DNA of 64,000 nucleotides from an uncultured Clostridia bacterium (GTDB lineage Bacteria; Bacillota; Clostridia; Christensenellales; CAG-917). The notes beneath the pieces were generated by a model. It saw only the letters and a list, made by a program, of their open reading frames with translations, did no database searches and was not told the origin of the DNA. A program made the position numbers and the translations under genes. The stretch covers positions 6,128-70,127 of the forward strand of contig CANPWB010000005.1 in NCBI GenBank assembly GCA_947581925.1, in the 5' to 3' direction. Below are positions 9,891 to 17,458 of this stretch, piece by piece (the first letter of the stretch is position 1; each line of letters starts with the position of its first letter).

Positions 9891-9921
9891 CCCCACGAAA
9901 TTACGAAGTGATTTTGTGGGG
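9891..9921 (+). repeat. H hairpin, single copy
   Basis: CCCCACGAAATTACGAAGTGATTTTGTGGGG. Confidence 0.8.
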
Positions 9922-10029
9922 TAAGGTTTAGGGGGAGGCTCCGCGCTACGCGCGGTGGTGGGGCTCACTGAATTTAACGCACCTCCGTCCGATCGCCCCT
10001 ATACACGCCGTCTGCCTCTGTCCGAGCGA

Positions 10030-10112
10030 CCCCGCGGAGCGAGCGGTTTTACGCTAGGTACGCAGTGAGGGCGGGTCTGTACCCCATAAAATTGCATAGC
10101 GATTTTATGGGG
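10030..10112 (+). repeat. H-prime module (83 nt)
   Basis: CCCCGCGGAGCGAGCGGTTTTACGCTAGGTACGCAGTGAGGGCGGGTCTGTACCCCATAAAATTGCATAGCGATTTTATGGGG. It is nearly identical (about 76 of 83 by eye) to 22273-22355. Confidence 0.85.
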
Positions 10113-10116
10113 TATG

Positions 10117-10142
10117 AAAGCGGGCAATGCCGCCCGCTTTTT
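10117..10142. terminator. Bidirectional hairpin between array B and the cysS 3' end
   Basis: AAAGCGGGC-aatgcc-GCCCGCTTTTT. The 9-bp stem has A- and T-runs on either side, 35 nt beyond the cysS stop. Confidence 0.5.
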
Positions 10143-10175
10143 ATGTGCCGATATTTTAATATCGTAGGATCAAAA

Positions 10176-11567
10176 TCACAGTTTTTCGATGACAGGTCCC
10201 TCTTTTGTGTCCTTGACGGAGTAGCCGAGGGCGATAATTTTTGCGCGGAGGGCGTCCGCGGTCGCCCAATCTTTGGCGGCTTTTGCCGCGGCGCGTTCGT
10301 CGGCGAGACGGAGCACTTCGGCGGGGATATCGCTCTTCTGCTTTGCCTCATAGTAGGCTACAAACTCTTCGGGTTTTCTTTTGAACAGTCCGAGCAAACC
10401 GTAGGTCTGCTTTATCTGTTCCGCGTCGTTTGCCGCGCTCGCGTCGCCCGCGGAGAGCTTTGTTTTTATGCGTTTGAAGAGCCCGAACAAGTCCGCAAGC
10501 GCCTTTGCGGTGTTGAAATCGTCGTCCATGGCGCGATTAAATTCCGCGTCTATATCGGGGGAGCCGCCGTCCGCCTTCAAACCGCTCGCCTCTACGTCCG
10601 CGAGGGTCTTGTAAAAGCCGTACATATGCCTGTCCGCCTCGGGGAAAAGCTCGTCCGTGATGTTGATGTCGCCGCGATAATTTGTCTGCAAAAGCGCGTA
10701 TTTGATGGTTTCGGGCGAATACTCGTCAAGCAGGTCTTTAAGTAGAAGGCTGTTGCCCAAAGATTTGCTCATCTTCTGTCCGTTGACCTTGATGAGCCCA
10801 TTGTGTATCCAATACTTTGCGAATTGCTTGCCCGTGAGGGCCTCTGTCTGCGCGATCTCGTTCTCGTGATGAGGGAAAACCAGGTCCCTTCCGCCGCCGT
10901 GTATGTCTATCTGCTCGCCGAACGCGGCGCGGTTCATAGCGGAGCACTCTATGTGCCAGCCGGGCCTGCCCTTGCCCCACGGGGACTCCCAATATATCTC
11001 GCCCTCCTTCGCGGATTTCCACAGCGCGAAGTCGAGGGGATCCTGCTTGTTCTCCTCATTTTCTATGCGTACGCTCTCATACGCGTCCTCGGTGCGCCTG
11101 CCGCTCAGCTTGCCGTAGCCTCTAAAGCTGTCCACCTTGAAATACACGTCGCCGCGCTCGGTAGGGTAGGCGTGCCCGCTTTTTATGAGGCTGTCCACAA
11201 AATCTATTATATTGTCGATATTCTCCGTCGCTTTAAGCCATATAGTGGGGTCGTCCACCTCGAAACGGCGCATGAGCGCGTCGATGTTTTCTATCATCAT
11301 AGCGGAATATTCGAGTGCGGGTATACCCGTTTCGTGCGACTTTGCGATTATCTTGTCGTCCACGTCGGTATAGTTGCGCGCGTACTTGACTTCATAGCCC
11401 GCCTTCTCGAGATATTTGCGGATTATATCATAGATGAGCGCTTGATAGGCGTGTCCGATGTGCGCCTCGCCCGACACTGTGATGCCGCAGGCGTACATCT
11501 TGACTTTGCCCTCCTCAAGAGGCACAAAATCTTCCTTCCTGCGCGTGAGAGTGTTGTAGATCTTCAT
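10176..11567 (-). CDS. cysS: Cysteinyl-tRNA synthetase
   Basis: 463 aa with HIGH (HIGHAY) and KMSKS (QKMSKSLGN) motifs. Confidence 0.95.
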   Translation of the reverse strand: MKIYNTLTRRKEDFVPLEEGKVKMYACGITVSGEAHIGHAYQALIYDIIRKYLEKAGYEVKYARNYTDVDDKIIAKSHETGIPALEYSAMMIENIDALMRRFEVDDPTIWLKATENIDNIIDFVDSLIKSGHAYPTERGDVYFKVDSFRGYGKLSGRRTEDAYESVRIENEENKQDPLDFALWKSAKEGEIYWESPWGKGRPGWHIECSAMNRAAFGEQIDIHGGGRDLVFPHHENEIAQTEALTGKQFAKYWIHNGLIKVNGQKMSKSLGNSLLLKDLLDEYSPETIKYALLQTNYRGDINITDELFPEADRHMYGFYKTLADVEASGLKADGGSPDIDAEFNRAMDDDFNTAKALADLFGLFKRIKTKLSAGDASAANDAEQIKQTYGLLGLFKRKPEEFVAYYEAKQKSDIPAEVLRLADERAAAKAAKDWATADALRAKIIALGYSVKDTKEGPVIEKL

Positions 11568-11611
11568 AGTCCTATCCTCAAAATATGTGATACGTCGTGA
11601 GTTTTGTGCAT

Positions 11612-11648
11612 TTTAAAAGATGCAGGCAAGCAAATTTGCCCTGCCTGC
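11612..11648 (-). terminator. Intrinsic terminator of ftsH
   Basis: On the minus strand: GCAGGCA-GG-GCAAA/TTTGC-T-TGCCTGC followed by a T-run (ATCTTTT), starting 10 nt after the ftsH stop. Confidence 0.7.
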
Positions 11649-11657
11649 ACCTTACTT

Positions 11658-13757
11658 TTATTTGTCGTCGTTCTCGCCTGACTTGTCGTCCTTCGGAGCC
11701 TCGTCCGCAGGAGCGTCCGTTGCGGGCTTATTGTCCGCGGGAGTCTCGCCGTGCTCTTCGGGAGCGGGCAGGGGGATCGCGTCCGTCGCGGGTTCGGTTG
11801 CTTTTTTTCTCTTGCTCTTTGCGGGTTTCGCCTCCTCAGGCGTTTCGCCCGGGGTCACGTCCGCCTCGCCACGGTTGACTTTCGATGAGAATATGCCGTC
11901 CTTATCCGAGCTTTCCTCGCCGAACAGCGCGTCTATCTCGTCCTCATAGATCGTCTCCTTCTCATACAGCAGCTTGACCATGGCGTCCATTATGGACCTG
12001 TTTTCGCGCAGGATATTCAAGGCGAGTTGGTATTGCTCGTCCAATATCTTCTTGACTTCGACGTCTATCTTTGCGGCTACGTCGTCGCTGTAGTTGAGTT
12101 GAGTCTGATAGTCTCTGCCGAGGAAAACTTCCTCGCTCGCGCCGAGATACATATTGCCAATGGCGTCGGACATGCCCCACTCAGTGACCATCTTCCTCGC
12201 GAGCTTGCTTGCGCGCTGTATGTCGTTCGACGCGCCCGTAGAAATGTCCTTTATCACAAGCTCTTCCGCCGCGCGCCCACCGAGTAGCATAGCGATGTCG
12301 TCAAGCAGCTTGCCTTTTGTCATATGGTTGTCGTCCGTCTCGGGCAAGGTGATTGTGTAGCCCGCCGCCATGCCGCGCGGGATTATGCTGACCTCGTGCA
12401 CGCTGTCGCAATGCTTCATCTTCTTTGCGATGATGGCGTGTCCGCTCTCGTGGTAGGCGGTGATGCGCTTGTCCGATTCCGTCACGAGGCGGCTCTTCTT
12501 CGCGGGACCCGCCATGACCTTGTTTATCGCCTCGCTTATATCCTTCATAGATATAAGTTTGCGGTCCTCTCTTGCCGCAAGTATGGCTGCCTCGTTCAAA
12601 ATATTCTCTATATCCGCGCCCGTAAAGCCCGAGGTGAGGCGGGCAAGGCTCTTGAAATTGACGTCGGACGCGAGCGGCTTATTGCGCGCATGCACTTTGA
12701 ATATAGCCTCTCTGCCCTTGACGTCGGGGATATTGACATATATCTGCCTGTCAAATCTGCCCGGGCGCATGAGAGCGGGGTCTAGTATGTCCGAACGGTT
12801 GGTCGCCGCCATGACAATTATCGAGCTTGACGACTCGAAACCGTCCATTTGCACGAGCAGTTGGTTCAAAGTCTGTTCGCGCTCGTCGTTGCCACCGCCT
12901 AAGCCAGCGCCGCGCTGTCTGCCTACGGCGTCGATCTCGTCGATAAAGATTATGCAGGGCATATTCTTTTTTGCTTGATCAAACAGGTCGCGCACACGGG
13001 ACGCGCCCACGCCCACGAACATCTCAACGAAGTCGGAGCCGCTTATTGAGAAGAAGGGCACGTTCGCCTCGCCCGCTACCGCCTTTGCAAACAGCGTCTT
13101 ACCTGTGCCCGGAGGGCCTACGAGCAACACGCCGTGCGGGATACGCGCGCCGATATCCATATATTTTTTGGGATATTTTAAGAAGTCTACGATCTCCTGC
13201 AGCTCCTGCTTTTCCTCATCCGCGCCCGCTACGTCGCTGAAACGCACCTTGATGTCGCGCACCTGATTCGCGGTCGTCTTGCCGAAGTTCATAGCCTGGT
13301 TGTTCACTCCCGCCGACTTGCGCAAGATGATCATAAACACGATGAAGAGTATCGCGTACAGGATGATGGGCACAAGCAGACTGCTGAGCAGCGAACCGCG
13401 AGAGGGGTCGTTGTACTCTATGGGCATTGCGGCGATCTTACTTGCGATTTCGGGGTCTGCGACTTGCTTCGCCCACAATCTTATATCCTCGGCAAGTACA
13501 TTTCTCGCGGGGATGTTCGCAAAGTAGCGCACTCTGCCTTCGCCCTCGAGCAATATATCCACGCTGTAGCTGCCGTCCACTCTCAGAGCGGAGACCTTGC
13601 CTTCTTTTATAAGGGACTCGAGCGTAGTGCTGCCTTCCACCATGCCCGAATAGCCAAGCTCTTTGGGCGCGGTCAGCGTATACGCCAAAATTATCGCCAA
13701 GATCACAAGCGCGATCGCGGCGATTATAAATATCGTTCGTCTTGTAGTTGCTTTCAT
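11658..13757 (-). CDS. ftsH: ATP-dependent zinc metalloprotease FtsH
   Basis: 699 aa with an N-terminal TM, Walker A GPPGTGKT, Walker B IIFIDEID and HEXXH (HESGH). It also carries a ~90-aa Pro/Glu/Lys/Asp-rich C-terminal tail. Confidence 0.95.
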   Translation of the reverse strand: MKATTRRTIFIIAAIALVILAIILAYTLTAPKELGYSGMVEGSTTLESLIKEGKVSALRVDGSYSVDILLEGEGRVRYFANIPARNVLAEDIRLWAKQVADPEIASKIAAMPIEYNDPSRGSLLSSLLVPIILYAILFIVFMIILRKSAGVNNQAMNFGKTTANQVRDIKVRFSDVAGADEEKQELQEIVDFLKYPKKYMDIGARIPHGVLLVGPPGTGKTLFAKAVAGEANVPFFSISGSDFVEMFVGVGASRVRDLFDQAKKNMPCIIFIDEIDAVGRQRGAGLGGGNDEREQTLNQLLVQMDGFESSSSIIVMAATNRSDILDPALMRPGRFDRQIYVNIPDVKGREAIFKVHARNKPLASDVNFKSLARLTSGFTGADIENILNEAAILAAREDRKLISMKDISEAINKVMAGPAKKSRLVTESDKRITAYHESGHAIIAKKMKHCDSVHEVSIIPRGMAAGYTITLPETDDNHMTKGKLLDDIAMLLGGRAAEELVIKDISTGASNDIQRASKLARKMVTEWGMSDAIGNMYLGASEEVFLGRDYQTQLNYSDDVAAKIDVEVKKILDEQYQLALNILRENRSIMDAMVKLLYEKETIYEDEIDALFGEESSDKDGIFSSKVNRGEADVTPGETPEEAKPAKSKRKKATEPATDAIPLPAPEEHGETPADNKPATDAPADEAPKDDKSGENDDK

Positions 13758-13808
13758 CTGTCCTCCTTCAAGCAGCCGTCAAACGCATAAATGAGTTATA
13801 CGTTTCCA

Positions 13809-13837
13809 ATTATATTAACTTAATATAAAAAAGTCAA
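13809..13837 (-). promoter_or_regulatory. ftsH promoter (TTGACT-17-TATAAT)
   Basis: Minus strand: -35 TTGACT at 13837-13832, a 17-nt spacer, then -10 TATAAT at 13814-13809. This is ~50 nt upstream of the ftsH ATG. Confidence 0.7.
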
Positions 13838-14268
13838 TCGCAAACCTCGGCAATTTGCAAAGGGCGCTAACTTCTGTATACTATTAGTATGGACAAATTA
13901 TGAAATATATTTGTTAAAACAGTGTTAAAATCGCGCTATTTGGCGGGTATTCATAGAATCCCTATGGATACCCACTATTTGGCGCTATACTTTGTCAACG
14001 GTCATTCTCCTCACGGTCACGTACGCCTATGTACGCTCACGCTTGGGGAATGGGAGTTTTCGCGCCTAGCGTCCAAATATCGCGGTTTTAACACTGTCAT
14101 GTTGAGCTTGTCGAAACATCCCCCGTGTCCTTACCCCACAAAATCACTGCGTAATCTCGCGGGGACTCCGATATCGCCCGGACAAACTTTTTTGTATGCA
14201 AGTGCCAAACCCTTGCGTGAGAGCTTTGATTTTACGTGTACTTTATCCGAGATTTTTATTATAAAACA

Positions 14269-14340
14269 GGGGGATTTCTCGACTACGCTCGAAATGACAA
14301 ATTTATTATAGTTGTCATGTTGAGCTTGTCGAAACATTCC
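14269..14340. repeat. P element, most complete copy
   Basis: GGGGGATTTCTCGACTACGCTCGAAATGACA - aatttattatagt - TGTCATGTTGAGCTTGTCGAAACATTCC. Confidence 0.85.
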
Positions 14341-14536
14341 TCTAGTCTGAGCGAATTAACGCTACATTATAAAGTGATTTCGCGGGGTGATGTATAGGGG
14401 GAGGCACCCGCGAAATTTCGCGGGTGGTGGGGGTCACTACATAAAACGCACCCTCTGTCCGAGCGACCCCGTGTCCGTCCGTGTATAAGAACGCTCGGAT
14501 GGAGGTTGCGTTAATTCGCTCGGACACGATAAACGT

Positions 14537-14690
14537 AAAAATCAAGCTCTCACGCAGGAGTTAGTACCATACACACAATACAAAAACGCGAGTGACGGCA
14601 AGTATTTGCCTAGCTCGCGCTTTTAGCTTGGGGTGAAGGGGACGAAGTCCCTTGCCGAGACGTGGGGCGGAGTCCGCGTCCCCCAGGCGC
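14537..14690 (-). repeat. T module copy 3 (variant stem)
   Basis: ..AAGCTCTCACGCAGGAGTT..AAAAACGCGAG-N21-CTCGCGCTTTTAGCTTGGGGTGAAGGGGACGAAGTCCCTTGCCGAG... Confidence 0.8.
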
Positions 14691-14761
14691 AACACCTTCC
14701 CGCTCTGCCGCGGAGTACGTTTGATTTGTGTTTGCGCTCTAACGTAACGTTTGTATGAGCG

Positions 14762-14929
14762 AAATCGGGGTCCACATAGAAATGAGCGACGATGAGTCGA
14801 AGTAGAGAAAAGTAACGTGTGTGGAGCAAATTTTATGGGGTATTAAATCGGGGGTACCTATAATAATGAGTGACGACGTGACACAGTGTAGAAATGCACA
14901 GTGAGTGGAACGAATTTTATGGGGTAATT
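14762..14929 (+). repeat. Diverged tandem duplication, 2 x ~83-85 nt
   Basis: The units 14762-14844 and 14845-14929 both run AAATCGGGG..ATGAG(C/T)GACGA..GTGGA(G/A)C(A/G)AATTTTATGGGGTA. They look like H hairpins with a ~50-nt loop insertion. Confidence 0.75.
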
Positions 14930-14940
14930 AGGCCAAAGAC

Positions 14941-14969
14941 TTTACAAACTATTTTTTTGTATTTATAAT
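14941..14969 (+). promoter_or_regulatory. asnS promoter (TTTACA-17-TATAAT)
   Basis: -35 at 14941-14946, a 17-nt spacer, -10 at 14964-14969. This leaves only ~20 nt of leader before ATG 14995. Confidence 0.7.
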
Positions 14970-14994
14970 TATAGATTATTAAATGAGGTTGCTT

Positions 14995-16377
14995 ATGGAA
15001 AACATTGATATCGCATTGATAATGTCCGACAAGAGCTATATCGGCAGGGAAGTCGTCGTGGCGGGCTGGGTACGCACGGCGCGCGACAGCAAGAACATGG
15101 CGTTTCTCGCGCTCAACGACGGCACGACGCTAAAGCATTTGCAGATAGTTGTGAACAAGGCGGAGTACGCGGGCGATTTGAGCGGAGTGATGAAAAACGG
15201 CGTATCCGTCAAGGTGAGCGGCAAGGTCGTACCCGCGCTCAAAGAGGGCGACGTAGAGGTCAATGCGGACAAGATAGAGCTGCTTGGCGACTGTCCCGCG
15301 GACTATCCTTTGCAGAAAAAGTATCACAGTATGGAGTTTTTGCGCACTATACCCGCGCTCCGTCCCCGCACGAACACTTTCAACGCTATGCTGAGAGTGC
15401 GCTCTAAGTTGAGCTTTGCGATACACCGCTTTTTCCAGGAGAACGGGTTCACGTACGTGCATACGCCCATCATCACGGGCAGCGACTGCGAGGGCGCGGG
15501 CGAGATATTTAGGGTGACGACAAACACCTATGCGGACGCGCTCAAGGCGAAGGACGAGGACAGCTATATTCTGGGCGACTTCTTCGGCAGGAAGGCGGGG
15601 CTTACGGTGAGCGGACAGCTCGAGGGCGAGGTCGCGGCGATGGCTATGGGCAAGATATACACATTCGGACCCACTTTCCGCGCCGAAAACAGCAACACCC
15701 CGCGCCATGCGGCGGAGTTTTGGCAGGTGGAGCCCGAAGTCGCGTTTGCAAAGCTCCCCGACATCATCAAGATCGCCGAGAGCATGATAAAATACATCAT
15801 CAAGGCGGTTTTGGACGAGTGTCCCGACGAGATAGCTTTCTTTGAGAACGCCTTTGAAAAGGGGCTGAGGGACAAGCTGCAAAGCGTTGTGGACAGCGAG
15901 TTTGCCATTCTCGACTATGCGGACGCGATCGAGATACTCAAAAAGAGCGGACAGACCTTCCAATATCCCGTGGAGTGGGGGCTTGACCTTCAATCCGAAC
16001 ACGAGCGCTACATCACGGAGCAGGTGCTGGGCAAACCCGTGTTCATCATCAACTATCCAAAGCACATCAAGTCCTTCTATATGAAGCAAAACGACGACGG
16101 CAAGACCGTAGCGGCGACGGACCTTCTCGTGCCCGGCGTGGGCGAGATAATCGGTTGCAGCGAGCGCGAGGAGAGCTATGACAAACTCAAGGCGGCAATG
16201 GTTGAGCGCGGCATGAACCTCGCCGACTATGAGGGCTATCTCGAACTGCGCAAGTACGGCACGGTGCCTCACAGCGGCTACGGGCTGGGGCTTGAGCGCA
16301 TCTTGATGTATGTCACGGGCATAAACAATATACGCGACGTGCAGCTCTTTGCTCGCACAGCCGGAGATCTGATGTAG
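14995..16377 (+). CDS. asnS: Asparaginyl-tRNA synthetase
   Basis: Class IIb: an OB-fold N-domain plus FRAENSNTPRHAAEFW and GYGLGLERI motifs. A GAGG RBS sits 6 nt before ATG 14995; the ORF track starts 4 codons earlier. Confidence 0.93.
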   Translation: MENIDIALIMSDKSYIGREVVVAGWVRTARDSKNMAFLALNDGTTLKHLQIVVNKAEYAGDLSGVMKNGVSVKVSGKVVPALKEGDVEVNADKIELLGDCPADYPLQKKYHSMEFLRTIPALRPRTNTFNAMLRVRSKLSFAIHRFFQENGFTYVHTPIITGSDCEGAGEIFRVTTNTYADALKAKDEDSYILGDFFGRKAGLTVSGQLEGEVAAMAMGKIYTFGPTFRAENSNTPRHAAEFWQVEPEVAFAKLPDIIKIAESMIKYIIKAVLDECPDEIAFFENAFEKGLRDKLQSVVDSEFAILDYADAIEILKKSGQTFQYPVEWGLDLQSEHERYITEQVLGKPVFIINYPKHIKSFYMKQNDDGKTVAATDLLVPGVGEIIGCSEREESYDKLKAAMVERGMNLADYEGYLELRKYGTVPHSGYGLGLERILMYVTGINNIRDVQLFARTAGDLM

Positions 16378-16400
16378 TTTTAGGTGCATATTTTGACGCT

Positions 16401-17396
16401 ATGGCGAAAGAAATGTATAGATCCAAATTGTCCGTGAGGGACACCGAAAAGGCGATAAAGTTTGTCAAGGACACGTTCCAGAGCAACCTTGTCAAGTGTT
16501 TTGGCTTAGAGCGAGTGTCGGCGCCGCTGTTCGTGCCAAGCGGGACGGGCATAAACGACGACTTGAGCGGAGTGGAGCGCCCCGTTATATTCGACGTGCC
16601 GCGGTTTGGCGGCAGCGTTGAAGTCGTGCAATCCCTCGCGAAGTGGAAACGCGTCGCCCTCAAAAGGTACGGCTATCGCGACGGCGAGGGGCTGTACACG
16701 GATATGAACGCCATACGCCGCGACGACATCCTTGACGCGCAGCACAGCGTATATGTGGATCAATGGGATTGGGAAATGGTCATCTCGAAAGGGCACCGAA
16801 CGGCGAACTTTTTGAAGATGATCGTATCGCGTATAGTGGGCGCGGTGGTAGACACGCTGGAGGAGACGAAGAGGCGTTTTCCCAAAATCACGCTTACGCT
16901 CTCGCGCGACGTGACGTTCGTTACGGCGCAGGAGGCTCTTGACCGCTATCCCACTCTCAGCGCGCACGAGAGGGAGAGGGCGCTGTGCAAGCAGTACGGC
17001 ACGGTGTTTTTGATGGGGATAGGCGGCGCGCTTTCGGACGGCAAGCCGCACGATGGCAGGGCTCCCGACTATGACGATTGGGCACTCAACGGCGACATCC
17101 TCTTTTACGACGCGGTGATAGACGACAGCCTCGAGTTGTCCTCTATGGGCGTGAGGGTAGACGCGGACAGCCTCAAAAAACAGCTTGAGATCGCGGGCGC
17201 GACGGACAGGCTGAAGTATGAATACCATAAGCAGGTGCTCGCGGGCGAATTGCCGCTCTCCATCGGTGGAGGCATAGGACAGTCGAGGCTTTGCATGTTG
17301 CTGCTCGAAAAGGCGCACATAGGCGAAGTACAGGTGGGCATATGGCCCGACGAGATGCGCGCGGAGTGCGAGAAAAACGGCATTAAGCTGCTTTGA
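16401..17396 (+). CDS. asnA: Aspartate-ammonia ligase (asparagine synthetase A)
   Basis: 331 aa with AsnA-type motifs (VSAPLFV, DQWDWEMVI, GGGIGQSRLCMLLL). Confidence 0.9.
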   Translation: MAKEMYRSKLSVRDTEKAIKFVKDTFQSNLVKCFGLERVSAPLFVPSGTGINDDLSGVERPVIFDVPRFGGSVEVVQSLAKWKRVALKRYGYRDGEGLYTDMNAIRRDDILDAQHSVYVDQWDWEMVISKGHRTANFLKMIVSRIVGAVVDTLEETKRRFPKITLTLSRDVTFVTAQEALDRYPTLSAHERERALCKQYGTVFLMGIGGALSDGKPHDGRAPDYDDWALNGDILFYDAVIDDSLELSSMGVRVDADSLKKQLEIAGATDRLKYEYHKQVLAGELPLSIGGGIGQSRLCMLLLEKAHIGEVQVGIWPDEMRAECEKNGIKLL

Positions 17397-17399
17397 AAA

Positions 17400-17430
17400 T
17401 TGCAAAATACGGGGTTTATCCTCGCAAAAT
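17400..17430 (+). promoter_or_regulatory. Conserved GCAAAA-direct-repeat motif (copy upstream of aspS)
   Basis: TTGCAAAATACGGGGTTTATCCTCGCAAAAT. The GCAAAA cores are 22 nt apart, and the motif ends 29 nt before the aspS ATG. Confidence 0.45.
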
Positions 17431-17458
17431 ATACAAATAAACTCTTGATTTCGAGGTT

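Larger units (their letters stand above)
9106..10143. repeat. Intergenic repeat array B (composite non-coding element, ~1 kb)
   Basis: Module order is T (9117-9290), 3 tandem hairpins (9340-9468), an H-like hairpin fused to P (9497-9591), inverted copies of the GGGGGAGGC..TGGTGGGG module (~9670-9708 and ~9931-9968), H (9891-9921) and the H-prime module (10030-10112). The outer modules are colinear with array D. Confidence 0.85.
13920..14930. repeat. Intergenic repeat array C (composite element, inverted relative to arrays B and D)
   Basis: Half P (14095-14124), H (14134-14164), P (14269-14340), GC palindrome (14405-14426), T (14537-14690) and an 83-nt tandem pair (14762-14929). It lies between the divergent ftsH and asnS promoters. 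Confidence 0.85.

Noticed and set aside
15130-16389. 419-aa minus-strand ORF opposite asnS. Comparable ones lie at 16506-17405 (asnA), 17966-18787 (aspS), 25181-26566, 45780-46874, 47037-48302 and 50912-52009.
   Set aside because: Each lies opposite a gene with clear conserved motifs or coherent membrane topology, and none has recognisable features of its own.
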